DNA from: the human T2T-CHM13v2.0 reference genome, Homo sapiens
Length of the DNA: 64,000 bases
Strand: one strand, 5' to 3'
Assembly (NCBI RefSeq): GCF_009914755.1
Contig: NC_060941.1
Part shown: in pieces, positions 41,500 to 58,553 of the stretch
How the letters are laid out: every line of letters begins with the position of its first letter
Numbering within the stretch: the first letter of the stretch is position 1
Notes under the pieces: generated by a model
What the model was told of the DNA's origin: nothing
The model's database searches: none
The model's input: only the letters and a program-made list of their open reading frames with translations
Position numbers and translations under genes: made by a program

Positions 41500-41923
41500 C
41501 CAGGCACCTGCCTCGAGGAAATCACTCTGGTGAAGGGATTTCACAAATAGAATTCAGGTCCTAATCAGCTGGCCTTGAGTTAATCAAAAGGGAGGTGACC
41601 CTGGGTAGGCCTTTCCAAAAGGGTCTAGAAGCCAGAGAGACCAAAAGCCAAAGCCACAGAGCTGCCTGCTGTGCTGCGGGGAGGCCACCAGGAGCTGGGC
41701 CTCAAGGACCCGCGTCCTGCCAGCAACCCGAAAGAGTGGAGGACCACGCCTTGGGTGAGCTCACACCCAGCAGGCACCTTGATTCCAGCCTGGGGAGTCC
41801 CTAAGCAAAGACCCCGCCCCCGCATCCAGCCTCCTGGACACAGAAACTGTCACATAGTAAGTTTGTGTGGTTTAAGCCCTAAGTGTGTGGGAATTTGTTA
41901 CACAGCAGAAGGAAACTAATACA
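41500..41923 (+). mobile_element. MLT1-type MaLR LTR
   Basis: TAATCAGCTGGCCTTGAGTTAATCAAAAGGGAG and the terminus AATTTGTTACACAGCAGAAGGAAACTAATACA. Confidence 0.7.
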
Positions 41924-44900
41924 CTTGGCTTCCCAGTCCACAGACTCTTTAAAAATTCTGGCCTGTTCTGCCAAGACAGCAGGAGTCGCTTTTTTCTGCC
42001 ATGGAACGCTGCACACGCCCAGCCCTCCATTGCTCCATCGGAAGCAAACTGTCCCATCAGCTCCATGCCCTCCCTCCTTCATGCAGCCGCTCAACCCCCG
42101 GCCTGTCCTGACCACATCCTTGAGCAGGTCCGGCCAGGCACTGGGTGGGATGCAGCAGTGACCAGGACATGTAGTCACCAGGACAGAGGGCCACCTGTGC
42201 CAGCCTCCTCCAGGGCCACAGTCCCCAAAGGCCTGGCCTCAGAATCATCAGGGAGTTTTTGAAAACAGACTTCCCTAGGGGAGAGGGGCTCTGGGGTGAG
42301 TCTGGTGTCCCACAGGGTTGCACCTGCCCCACGGCCTCTAGTATACAGAGCGCTGAGGTGAGTCCCCACCTGCCCTGCCCCTGCTGCCCAGCCTGTGAGT
42401 GGGGGCCGCCCTCTCCTGGGACTCATGGGCCCTGCCCAGCCATCTGAAGAGCCGGCTCACTCCTCCAGGCCTTGGTCGTAAGGCTTCTTCAGCCAGGGCT
42501 CCGCCTGCACCCCACCCACCCAGACCACCTTCCAGAGACCACCCTGCCCCTCCAGGTGCCTCCTAGCCCAGCCTGGGAATACCTCCAGGTTGAGGAAGAT
42601 TCCTGATCGACAGCCACACTCCGAGGCCAGGATGCAGCTTCTTAGCCTGGCTGTGCCCGCCACACCAGAGCACACAGGAGCCTCTCCCCTCAGAAGACCC
42701 AGAGGGAGCCCTGGGAGACTCCAGGCAATTCCGATGTGCGCTGGAGCACAGTTCCATCCCGTGACTGGTGAACGACACCAGGAGCTCGCTGATGCCCTAA
42801 CAAGCTCGGCTGTCTCCTCCCACAGCCAGGAGGGAGGAAGGGCTGCAGCCCAGTCCTGTGAAGCCCATTCGAGCCCTGCCTGGCCATCCACGCCTCGCCC
42901 ACCCCCGTGGGCTTTCTCGAGACCAGCCTTGTGGCTCATCAGAGGGTAGCGGTCCAGCCAAAGCTGGCCAAGTTCAGCTGTGCAGGGGGCAGCTCAGGCA
43001 AGGGACTTCAACAAGTGCCCCGGAGCCCATCAGCCTTCCTCCCCATTCACACTCCACAGCCAGAGCAAACAGGTCTGTGCTAATGGCCCCTTCGGGACTG
43101 GATGGAGCACACCTGCTTCCAGATAACAGTGGCTCATCCTGCCCCGGGCCTCCCCTGACCACCTCTGGATGCACTGCTGGTGCAGACCTGCTAACATAGT
43201 GACCTACTCTCCCCTGGGACCCGCTGGCAGGTCAGCTGCTGGTGGCCTCTCGGACATCCCATCCATGACCCAGGCTTGGCTCAAGCACGTGCCTGTGTTC
43301 TCTGCCCACCAACCGACTCCTGCTGGGTGCAGAGGCTTTTGAGCACAGCCTGGACCCCACAAAGCTTGCCATCTCCCATGGAGAACGATGCCACACCCCA
43401 AAGGTCCAGAACAGGCACACTCATGGGGACAGAAAGCAGACGAGTGCTGCCAGGGACTGGGGGGCGGGAGATGACTGCTCCAGGCCTATAGGGTGAGGAA
43501 AAAGCTCCGAAACTAGTCAGGAGGAAGGGCTGCACAACATCGGGAAGCTGCTAAATGTCACTGAATTGTAAAGCTTAAAATGGTTCATAACAGTTTATGT
43601 TATGTCTATTTTACTGCACAAAAAAGAATACCCACCTCTAGACAGCCACTGAAGCGAGGCATGCATGGGAAAGGGTGTGGGGGTGTGGGGTATGCAGGAG
43701 CTGGTCCCGAGGGTCCTGTCAGAGCCTGGCCCAACAGCCCGGTCCGGCTCCAGCACCTGCCACCTGTGTGCCTCACACTGGCAGGTGTGGGCGGGAAGGA
43801 TGGGTCACCAGGGACATGGCAGGATAGGGTGCAGGCAGGGGCCTGGAGGGGAAGAACAGTGGGGGAGAGAGTGAGGACCAGGGCACACCTCTGCCTCTGA
43901 ACACAAAAGGTGAGAGGAGAAAAGCAGCCCAGGACATCCTTTCTCTCCTCCCCAAAATCCAGGGGTGGCCAGTTCAACCAAAAGTCATGGCCCTGCTGGC
44001 TGGGCAGATGCCAGGTGAGGCCAACGCTGATATGAGAGGAGGGAAAGCTGGGAGCCACCATCTGTAAGAAGCTGACTTCCTCCAGCTACCCCAGGAGGAC
44101 TCCCAGGCCCCGGGATCCAAGAACAAACCAGACAGTGCTTTGCTGCTGTCTACGGCTGGAACTGGGCTGTGGGTGGGCCTGTCCCCCTGGTCTCCTAGGT
44201 ACACACAGCACTCGGCTGGGGCCTGGAGGAGGAAGGATGACCCCTTCCAGGGCCCTCTACTCTCTGCCTTGAAAAGGGGTGGATGACGGGGGCAGACCTC
44301 CAGGGTCAGGCAGATCACAGGCTGTGCTGCTGGACCAGCAGGGAGGTGATGGGGAGGACTCAAGGAAGCCTCTGGGGTTTCTAGTGCAAGATGAGATTGC
44401 GCAGGAAATCAGAACTCAGCAGAGACTCAGAGCAGCTCCCGGGGCAGGGCTGGCAGGAGGGGCTCCATCAAGGCAGCTGCCTTGTGGCGCTGGCCGGTGT
44501 TTCTGGGCAGTCACCTGGCCTGGTCTAGCTGCTCCTGGATCTGTGTGCGCTGTGGGCTGCAGCCCACTTCTCCTGCTTTGTGCCGGCCCTGATGGTGGTC
44601 CCGGCATGCTCTAGGGAGCAGGAGTGGTGGAACAGCTCAGCGTGCCAGCCCTGGGCTGAGTCTCAACCCTCTGCAGCCCTCCACCTGTCTTCAGCCTCGC
44701 TGTTCCTGTGGGGGGACTCCAAGCTCTGAGCGTTCAGTCGGCCAGCACCAGCCCCCTCCCTCCTGGCCGCTGGGGAGTGTGGATGCCTGGGGGCTGGAGG
44801 GCACAGACCCCTGACTGTCCTGCCAATGCAGCCAGGGCCCCATCCTGGGTAAGGAGGGACACTCTGCCGGTGGCCCAAGAGGCAGCATGGGTAGGAAAGA

Positions 44901-46170
44901 GGCCCATCTCCCGTCCCCTGATGCTCCCATAACCCAGCCTGGGTGGTGCCGGTGCCTGCCAGGTTCCTCTGGCCTAAATGGATGGAATCTTTTCTCCCTA
45001 AGCCACTGCTGAGCTGGAAGCTGCCTGTTCTCCAATGCTGGTCAGCGCTTCATGAGCTGTAAAACCTCGGGCAACCATTGCTTCTTTCCAAGCCTCACTT
45101 CCTCCATCTGCACAGTCAGAGTCTTCTCTACCCAGAGACTATAAATGTGAAAATGCTCCCTGGGGCCGGAGAGCCTAGAAGATTGTAAGCATGCAGGCTG
45201 TGCAGACGCACAGGCCCCGAGGCGGTGCCATGGGCCAAACCCCTTGCCCTCCGAGGGGTGAAAAGCCCTCTCTGGGGAAGCCTCTTCACATCATTCAACC
45301 CAGGGCAGGTGCCAGGGGACCCACCCCTCTGAGGACCAAGACCGTGGGATAGCCACCCAGGCCTAGAGAAAGCAGGCAGCCCTGGCCCAAAGGGCCAAGA
45401 AGCAAAGGCCAGGAGCCAGGGGTCCAGTGCGGAAGGCTGACCTCAGTAGGACCCTGACCACGCTGCTCACCCACATTCCTGTGGCCAAGGCCATGACAAT
45501 GACGAGAAGGCAGCAAGGGTGCCTGGCCACGGAGGGGGAAGGCCTAGGCCACCCTCGGTGAGTGTGTGAGGGGCCTGACCACCAGCAAGGCCTGCCCCGG
45601 CTCCGCACGTGCTGGCATGGAGCATTCACAGGCCCCTTCCTGTGTGCACCCAGTGCCTGCAAGCCAGGCTGGTCCGACGGAGATGGGGCCACGGGCAATG
45701 GGGAGAGCCAGGCTACACGCGCCCCATCCAAAGGGGGCAGCTGTGCCTCGGCCCCAGTGAGCGCTCCACGTGGGGTGTGGCCAGGCACACACACAACTTC
45801 TGGTCTGTCTCGACAAGTCAAAAATGGGGATTCTCTGGTGCAGCTAGTTTCTCATTTTTTGGAGAACCACGTGGTCCATGTTTAGTCCATGAGCTGCCGT
45901 GCGCAATGATTCTCAGGGTACTGTGGGAGGTGAGACCGGGGCCCAGAGATGGGGCAGCTGCCCTGCACAGCCTGCATCCCCAGGTCGCCTGCAGCCATCA
46001 CATTCCACGCAGGTGGGCCTTGTCTAGCCTGGTGTCTGGGCAGAGAAATTCGCTCCCAAGTGCAGTGGGCTGTGCCTCATCATCTAGTTCCAGTTCTTCT
46101 TCTCTGACCTTTTCATTTGACAGCAGGAAGGTGCCTGTCCCAAGTCCAGAGATGGGCAAAGAAGCTTTCT

Positions 46171-46506
<336 letters not shown>

Positions 46507-46888
46507 TAACCTGGAGAGATGGTCAGGCCTGACCCCTGAGGGCTCCCGAGCCAGCATCCACCTTCTGACTGGACGCTTCCTGGAGGAGACTCCTAAAACA
46601 GCCTTGGCTACGTGGCAGAGGCTGGGATGTGACCTGGGGACCACCCAGGCATTGTCCCTTGCCCCCCATTCACATACCCCCATTCCTGAGGTCACTGGGG
46701 CTCCTCTGCTGGCCAGAGTCTAAACGGCTGGGAGGGGTAGGGTGGCTTGCTGTGGCAGGTGGCTTTGAGAGCTAACCCCTGAGTGCTCAGACACAAGGCT
46801 CCCGCGTGGTGAGGGATGAGGTACCACCAGTAGCGGCCCTCCCGCTAGCCCAGGGGTTGTGGCTCCCCAGTGAGAGAGCTGTGCTTAC

Positions 46889-47004
46889 CAGTGCGAGCGC
46901 AGGAAGTTCAGGAGCAGGATGGTGACGCTTAGAGAGTAGCAGGCCAGGTAGGGGGATCCGAAGGCCCTGCTCAGCTTGCGGGTCTTGTGTTCCCATCGTG
47001 CAAC
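46889..47004 (-). CDS. PEMT: PEMT coding exon (116 nt); upstream exons lie beyond the window
   Basis: GGTTTAG|GTT; [38 protein letters not shown](C); donor TG|GTAAGC. The five exons total 507 nt = 168 aa plus stop. Confidence 0.96.
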
Positions 47005-48404
47005 CTAAACCGTGAGCAGAGAACAAGAACGAGATATTTCCTGGGGAGACTCCAGGGTGGGGGTGGGGAGCACATGCCTCTCTCTGCTTCCCAGGCTCCA
47101 AAGCCCCCATTTCCAAAGAAGAAGAATTACACGGGAGCAACAACCACATGCACCCCAGCTGCACATTATCTGCCCTAGAGCAAGTTCCACAGGGATTTTC
47201 ACACTTGCTCAGTTCATCTGGACGGACAACAAGGTCCTTCTGGAAACAACTCTTCAACCAGACACAGCCATGAACCCACCAAGAGGCAGAAAGAGACGTC
47301 TGGCGGAGAAGATCTGTCCCTGGGGAGACACATGGGGTCTGACCTCAGGCCCTACCTGGGAGCTGCTGAGTGCATCCCACAGACTCTAAAAGGGCCCCAG
47401 CAGAACTGCCAGAGGAGCCCAAGGCTGCAGGAGCACGCGGCCTTCAGAGCACAGGCCCAAATTTCCGCTGGGGGCCTCACAAAGTGTCCATCACAGGCGC
47501 AAAGCAAAGCAAAGAAAACCCCTCACCCTCCTCCCTCTGCCCAAGTGCTCTTCTCAAGGCACAGACTTTCAAACAGTGACTTTTAGCCTCAGAATCCTTT
47601 TACTTTGTTTTTTTTCAAACTAATCACATCTGGAATCTCAACATCTGGCCACCAACGGTGGAGAGAAGGGAGCTCTTCCTGCCTGCCTGCTGTTTCCACA
47701 GTCCTGAGCTGGTTATCGCCCGGGCCTGGCCCAGCACACTGAGGAAGGAACGGAGAGGAGGGGAGGGGGCAAGGAGGATGCAAAAAGACAAGCATGCAGC
47801 CTGGGGTCAGGGGCTGGGCTCTAGGTATGTGAGCAAGTTGTCTGTGGGCCCAGAGTAGGCGCCTGTGTGTGCACAGGAAGAGCCTCAGAGGCCTGCTCCC
47901 AGCCACCTACCTCCACCCCAGCCCCAGCGATGACTGCTGCCTGCTCCACTTCCCAAGTGGACCTGCCTTTCCCAGCAGTTGCGGCAGGAGAGTGATTAGC
48001 GATGATTTCCTCAAGGCCACTGACTCCCAGAAGGTGGCTCCCTAGTGAGTCCTCTGGCCCCTGTCCTCAGAGCTCCTTGGCAGTGGCAGGCTAGGGGGCA
48101 GCAGATGGCGGGGGGCAGGGTATGCCAAAGTTTACAGGAAGGAGAAGTGAAGGAGGTAGCTCCCGGGCCTTCCCCTCAACCAGCTGTTGGCACTGCAGCC
48201 AATTCTCCCAGAAGGTAAGCAGGCCCTAGTCCAGGTCTCAGCAGGTGGCCGCTGCTGACTCTGTGGGAAGCTCAAAAGGCGGAAGGAATAAGCGCTGCAG
48301 GGGTGAGGAGGGGGCTGCGGTGACCTTGCTGGGAATGTGTGGGGTGGGGTGGGGGCAGAAGAGGAGCAGTCTGCAGAGAGCACCGCGGGGGCCCAGGACC
48401 ACAG

Positions 48405-49420
48405 CCTGCTTTGTTTTGTTTTGTTCCAATTCTGAGATAAAATTCAAAGTAGTTTTTAGCTATGCAACCATCACCACGGTCTAAGTCCAGAACATTTCAT
48501 CACCCCAAGTAGAAACCCCGTCCTCCCCATCCCCCATCTGCCGGCCCCTGGCAACCACTCATCGCTTTCCGTTGCTATGGATTCACCTATTCTGGACGTT
48601 TCATATAAACTGAATCACACACTACATGGTCTTTTGTGTCTGGCTGCTTTGACTTTATGTAACGTTCTCAAGGTTCGTCTGTGCCACAGTGCGTAAATGC
48701 ACTTCATTCCCTCTTACGGCTGAATACGACTCCAGTATATAAAGATTTTGTCCACCGGTTCAGCAGCTGATGGACACTTAGGTTGCGTTAGCAGCACTGT
48801 CCACGGTGACCAAGGCCAAAGCCAAGCAACATACGGGCGCTTGCTAGGAACAATCGTGCCCAAGTGTTTTGTGGATGTGTGTTTTCAGTGCTCTCAGGTA
48901 TACACCTAGGAGTGGAATTGCTGGGTCACATGGTAAATCTATTTATTGAAGAGCTGTGAAACTGTTTGCCACAGTGGCTGCCCCATTTTCCAGCCCCACC
49001 AGCAATGCATGAAGATTCTAGTTTCTCCACATCCTCCCCAACACCAGTTATTTTCCCTTTTCAAAAATTATAGCCTTCAGGGGTGGGGGACACTGGGCAT
49101 GGTGGCTTACACCTCTAATCCCAGCACTTCGGGAGGCTGAGGTGAGAGAATTGCTTGAGCTTAGGAGCTCAAGACCAGCCTGGGAGACATAGTGAGACCC
49201 TGTCTCTCCAAAAAAAAAAAAAATAATAAAAAAAATTAAGTTAGCCAGAAGATTGCCTGAGCCTAGAAGGTTGAGGATGCAGTAAGCCAAGATGGCACAC
49301 CACTGTACCCCAGCCTGAAGACAGAGCAAGACCCTGTCTCAAAAACAAAGAAAAGAAAAAAAATTCTGTAGCCATCCTAGTGGGTGTCAGGTGGCTTTGG
49401 TCTGCATTTCCCTAATGATA
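48405..49420 (-). mobile_element. L1MB-like 3' region interrupted by an AluJ-like element (about 49092-49362, +)
   Basis: CCAGAACATTTTCATCACCCC, CCCTGGCAACCACT and AGGAGTGGAATTGCTGGGTCA motifs. Confidence 0.7.
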
Positions 49421-49435
49421 AAGAAATACCTTTCC

Positions 49436-49770
<335 letters not shown>

Positions 49771-50320
49771 TCAGCCTCCCATACAGCCCCCCTCCCCCAA
49801 CAGACCCAGGCCACACCTGTCCCTTAGCCTCGGAAAGAGCTGATGCTAAATGAGCTTTCAGAACAATCTAACGACAACAGAAAAGCATCAAGCAAGACTA
49901 ACCCATGTGGGAAAGAAAAAGAGGAAACCACGCCTTGCCTCCCAGCGAACTGGTATTCGATGGGGCTGTTATTCCGAGGCAATCGATAAACCAGCAGCCA
50001 GCAGGACTCCCAGAACTTCCTTCCCTGCCTGGCAGCACCACCGTGTCCTCACTGGGAGCCCAGCTGCTCGTTTCATCCAACAATGAGCGGGTGCCGGACG
50101 CAGTCGCCTCCCAGGGCCATGCATGTGAGCCCTTAGTAGGCAGCGGCGTGGCCCAGCACTCTGCTCTCACTGCTCCTGGTTTTTGCCTGTCTTCTAGATT
50201 TCCAGAATCCTAGAGTGGGGATTCATTTGCCCAACACTCCGTGACCCTGGCTCAAATTTCCTCTCCCCGGCACTGCCAGGACCCTCCAGGTAAATGTAAG
50301 CTTCAGATAAACAACAACCT

Positions 50321-50733
<413 letters not shown>

Positions 50734-51622
50734 TCAGTAGCCCAGCCTCTCCCACACCCTGGCAAGGAGTTCCCAGCTGAGCTCTGGAACACACAGGTCT
50801 CCTCCCCAAATGCCGGCTCCTTTTCTTTTTTTGCAAATCTCACCCACAGCCTCTACCCTAGGGCAGAAGAGACAGGCCCAAGGCAAGTGGAGTGGGAGGA
50901 AAACAGGAATGGGGTCGAGACCCAGGGACACCATCCTGGCCTTGACATTCGCCAAAAGCCGACAGCACTTCATAGGCAAATCACTCAGCTGCCCGCTACC
51001 TAAACTGAGTCAGCTGCAAAGTACGAAAAACAGGACGGACAGTACCCCCCACCCCGATCCCCGGCCAGCGTGGAAGGAGGGGTAGAGCAGGTGAGGGATG
51101 AAAGGCTCCTAGCCCTGGCATGTGGCCCAGGACATGTGAGAGCGCCCGTCTCTCCCCCTATCCGTGGCTCAGAGCAGGGACTGTGTCTGATTTCCTTCTG
51201 GGTCCCACTCAGATGGGAACGGCCTCTGCCCATGCACATGCCCGTGGTGCCCGTCTGGCCTGAGGTGGCAGCTCCGGCCTCTGTCTCCACGCCAGGACCC
51301 ATGCTTCTTCCCTGCCCTTTCCAGGGTGCTATTCTTGGTGTCCTTGGACTCAGAGGTTGTAACTGGCAGCCCAAGATGTGTTCTGGTCAAACTCATAGCA
51401 TGTTTAAAATATTTGGATCAACAATTAAACACTCAGCGTTTTTCACATAAAAGCCAAGGCTTCTCAAATCTTGGCAATGAACACAGCCTCCCACCCCACA
51501 AGGCCTACACCAGCCCAGCTATGCAGTAAGGGCCCAAGAAGCACGACCCCCTTCTGGGAACAAGACCCTTTCCTAGAGACTTCCTATTGGTCTCTCAAAT
51601 TTCCTACGCATCCTTGAAGTGA

Positions 51623-51943
<321 letters not shown>

Positions 51944-54821
51944 GAGGGTAGAATTTTTAAATCCCTCTTTGAAGTGAGACACGGCTCCTTCGCACTCACT
52001 GAAGGACTGATGGGCAAGTGTCCACCCCAGTGCCCAGCAGGGCAGCTCGTGGCTCCCAGCGCCAGGTTCTGGGCTCAAACACCGGCTCCTCTACTTGCAG
52101 CTTGGAGCTTGGGCAGGTTATTTCCTTTCTCTCTGCCTGTTTCCTGATCTGTAAAATGGAGCTAATAATACTCTCGACTGCGTCACAGAGCTGCTGTGCG
52201 GATTAAGCGAATTCCTGCCCATGAAATGCCTGGAACGATACTACACCAGGCACATGGGCGCATGGCGGTGCTGCTGTTTGTTTTGTTTTGGAATGGGCAA
52301 AAGGGTGAGAGTCAAGAGGCTAAGTCCAAGCTATTGGCCTGACAGGCCCCGGCAAAGCTGATGAAGAAAGTCTGTTGTGAAGCAGTGTCCCCAGGGAGAG
52401 GACAGGCAGACAGACCTGTGCCACACTGGGCTCGCCGGCTGCCAGGCCTCTCCCCTCTGCGGCCAGCCCTTGATGGACTCTCAGAAGCTCCTCCTCTCTC
52501 ACCTTGTCCTTCCCTGGCTAAATCTGCCTAATACCCAGCTGCAGTGGTAGGTCCCATCTGGATTCCACAGCCAGGACCCCCCCACCACCTGGCCCAGGGC
52601 TCCCAGCCTAGGCACCTGGGGGTCTAGAATGCCCCAAGCAAAGGGCTAGTGCTTCGCATTGGTAATGAATGCTGGGGAGGAGCTGGTGTTTCCACGAGCT
52701 TTGCCAAGGGCCCACGGAACCACTGAAGGAGCCCATCCCTTTTGTTTAGAGGACGTGGGCCGTGCGCCAGCACAGAGGGGCTCATGAGCTCCAAGCTTCC
52801 TTCTGCCTTCCTGCTTTTGCCTCCCGAACCGCCCCCATCTCGCTTCTACAGCTGGACCCACCCCTCTGCCTGCCTGACTGGCCCCCTTTCCAGCCCCAGG
52901 AGCCGCAGCCAGTGCCTTCTCACTCCTGAACTCCTGCCTTGCGGCTCCGGCAAGATGTGGCTGTGGCCTAACAGTTCACACTGTGTCCACCTCTGCCTGC
53001 ACTATGCTGAATCCCACGTGGGGCTACCACCCGAGGAGGCACTCAACAAGCACGGGTCTGTGTGGAATGATGGATACATCAGCGCTCCGAGGCCTTCTCT
53101 CCTCTCCTCTTTCCCTCGCCTTGCAGGGAGCCAGGAAGGGAGGGGGCCACTAGCTGGGCTCCATGAAGAGAGGAGGGGCCCTAAGGCCCCCAGGGTACCT
53201 GTAGGTGACATACAAATGTCTGAGTGAGACGTCCCCGGGGCAGCAGGGAGTCTGCCCATGACTCCTGTCTCTCCCTCATCCCACCCTGGCCCCCCAGAAC
53301 CTATGAGAGGTCAGGGACCTCAGAGGCGGTGGAGCCCAGCCCTCCATTGGCCTTCTGAACAGAAACTCAGGGCTCCACTGGCATCAGGAGGCGGGATTCA
53401 GGATCCCCCAGTCCCACTGGAGTTGACAAGGATGGCTGAGGCTGCCAAGGCTACTGGGCATCCCCTAGGCCGGCCCCGATGGCCCAGGCCCAGCAGCATG
53501 AGGACAGCCCATCGAGGCATTTCCTCCCCAGCCCCAGATCAAGGTCACTGTGATACCGTCACATAAGCCTCATGTGCACGCCAAGTGCTGTCCACACCGC
53601 GCATCCCAGCGGGGCCTGGACCCCTCTCCCTTCTCACCAGGGCTCATAGTGGATGGGGTGTGTTTGTGGGAGCTCAGCAGAGCCCAGCACAGGACCCAGT
53701 CACTGCCAGCTAGGCAGGCCCTGGGCCAGCAAGCAAGTGCATATATGAACAGGCGGCTCTCCGAGGTCGCACCGTGTCAGCCCCCTCTGCTCTGCACACG
53801 CTAGGCCCAGCCGGCCCGGTGACCTGGATCACACCTGCCCTTCCCAACACCCAGTTCCACCTGTCCTGCCAGGTGTGCACAGCCCTGGCTCCTTTCAGAT
53901 CTGCCCCAATCTGGCCAGTGCTGCTGAACCTGGGCCAGGGCCTCTCCAGGACATAGGACCAGTGGCAGCTCAGGGCAGCATCCAAAGCGTCCCACAGCAC
54001 ATGGCTCAACTGCCCTTCCACGTGACACAGCCTGCTCGAGGGCTCCAACAGTCATTGTCTCCAACAGATCAACAGACCTGCCCACTCCACCAGCTAGTCC
54101 AGTGAATCAATCCCTGTCCAAGGTGCACCCAAGCTCTCGCCCTGCAGTGAGCACACTAGTGCCAGAGAGCAGGTCCCAGCACCAGCTGCCCACTTCCAGA
54201 CAACCTGCACCCGAGGCCCCAGCAAAGCAACATGACCCAGCTTCACACCCGAGGGGCCATGGCACAGCGGGGGACACTCGCCTCCCCCAGCCTCAGTGCT
54301 CATGCTCAACCTCTTCACTCCGTTTTGCTCCCCGCCTCCTCCATTATGACGGCCCACAGAGCACAGGAGAAAGAGCAATAGGAACATGGGCTCTGAGTTC
54401 AAATTCTAGCTCCAGCACTACCTATAGCATCGTATAAAGATGGAACCCACCCCAGTGTCCACTGGCAGGGGGAGGGGCTGAATGAACTGCGCTACAGCCC
54501 CACCCTGGTGAAGGGCTCCTTGTAGAAAGGAGGAAGATTTCTATCTATTGCTATGGTGTAAGCTCCAGGATATATTCATTAAGTAAAAAAGCAAGTGCGG
54601 AAGGTGCACCCATCCTGTTGTATAAGGACATGAAGAGGGGCTGGGGGAAGATACACACACAGACTTGCTTACATTTTCAAAAAGCAACAGGGGAAGGACA
54701 AACCCAAAACTGATCAAAATTATTACCTACAGGTGAGGGAGGAGACATGCCAGACATTTACAAATGTCCTTTGTTGACTATGGAACCATGTAAATGTTTT
54801 GCATAATTAAGAGTAAGAACA

Positions 54822-55150
<329 letters not shown>

Positions 55151-55367
55151 TCAATAAACCTGGTAAAAACACAGATAAGAAGTTTCAAGTGATTTTGAAA
55201 TACAGTATTTTGACTAATCCTCCCTCCTGCCGCACAGCCTGAGGACAAAAGAACCAGAAAGATTCTAGACTGCATCGAGTAAATCTATTGTTGGTGATAA
55301 AATATTTAATAATACAGATATTATTATTATTTTGACTATATACACATTAATTATGTTACTGTATTTA

Positions 55368-55742
<375 letters not shown>

Positions 55743-57360
55743 CTAAAAATAACCAGAGCTCCTTGGTTAAAAGGCCGATTCCAGTCTACTCTGGGAACAG
55801 AAGATGTTGAACCTGAGACTGAAAGCTATGAAAGACGAGGTGGAAACGCCAGAAGAACACTAAGAAACACTTGAAGGGTCCCCAGCTGGCTAAAGGCAGA
55901 CATGCTGAGGTTGCTAGGACACTAACGCATTATTCTGAAATGGTTTTTTTTTTCTTTTTTATGAGACATGGTCTCAGTCTGTCTCAGTAGGATTTGTCTT
56001 TATTCACAGACAACAATAATCATCTATGTCAAAAATCAGATGGAAACCACAAATAGATGGATATGAAAATACAAAAAACTTAGAATACTCAAGACAACTC
56101 TGAAATAAAAGGACAAAGTGGAACTAACACAACCAGATTTTGAGATGTCTGACAAAGTGCTAAGGCAATTCAGTGGAGAAAGGACAGCCTTTCCACAGAT
56201 GCCACTGGAACAATTGGCTATCATATGCAAAAAAAAAAAAAAAAAAAAAAGAACTTCAATCCATAACTCAGAAAAAATATAAAAATGAATTCAAGATGGT
56301 CTATAAATAGAAATATAAACCTAAATCTATATATAAATATATCAATCTAAATATATAAAGCCTTCTAAAACTTTTAGAAGAAAATAGACTAGAGAGAATC
56401 TTTATGATCTTGGATTATATGATGATTTCTTAGGCACAATATGAAAAGCATGATTCATAAAAGAAAACGTGATAACTTGAAATTCACCAAACTTTTAAAG
56501 CTTCTTCTCTTCAAAAGACATTCTTGATAGAATGAAAGGATCAGCCATAGACTGGCAGAAAATATTGGCAAAGCACATACTTCTTGAGGGACTTATATCA
56601 AAAATATATACAGAACTCTTAGAACTTGATAATAAGAAAACAAAAAACTCAATTTTTTTCAATGGGCAGAAAAACCCAAAGCTAACATCATACTTAATGG
56701 TGAAAGACTGGATGCCTTCCCCCTAAACTCAGCAACAAGACAATGAAAGGACGTTCACTCTTACCACTGCAATTCAACTTTGTACTAGAGGTTTTAGCCA
56801 GGGCAATTGGACAAGAAAATCAAATAAAGGCATTCAGATTGAAAAGAAATATGTAAAACTAACTCTATCCACAGATGACATAATCTCATACATTAAAAAT
56901 CCTAAGGAATCCACTAAAAAAATTTCAAGCTAATAAATGAGTTTAGCAAGGCCACAAGATACGATTGTATTTCTACACATTTGCAATAAAAAGTCTGAAA
57001 GCAGGAATCAAAAAAACAATTCCATTTACTATAGCAATTAAAGGAGTAAAATACTTAAGAATAAATATAACAAAAGTACAAAACTTACTCTCTGAAAATG
57101 AAACATTGTTCAAAGAAACAAAAGATCTAAATAAATGGACAGACATCCCATGTTCATGGATTACAGACTGGATAAGATGGCAATACTCTCCAAACTGATC
57201 TAGAGATTCAATGCAGTCACAATCAGAATCTCAGCTGGCTTCTTTGTAAAACTGACAAGCTGATTCTAACATCCATATGGATATTTAAGGGTCACAAAAT
57301 ATCCAAAACAATCTTTTTTTAAAAAAAGACAAAAAACAAAAAACAAAAAGGCCAGGCTCA

Positions 57361-58010
<650 letters not shown>

Positions 58011-58316
58011 TCATGACCCTGGATTTAGCAATGGTTTCTCAGATGCAACACCAAAAGCACAAGCAATGAAAGAAAAATAAACTGGCTTTATCAAATATTT
58101 AGACTTTTATACTTCAAATGATTCTATCATGAAAATACAAAGACAACCCACAGAATGGGTGAACATATTTGTAAATTATTTATCTGATAAAGGATTGTAT
58201 CTAGAATACATAAAGAATTCTTACAAAATGGCTAAAAGTAAAGAGGGTTGGAGAGAAGCAGAGCAATTAGAATGCTCACTCCTTGCTAGAATGCAAAATG
58301 GCACAATCACTTCTGA

Positions 58317-58553
<237 letters not shown>

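Noticed and set aside
46924-46926. PEMT codon 58 variant position
   Set aside because: Encodes the canonical Val (GTC); nothing unusual.
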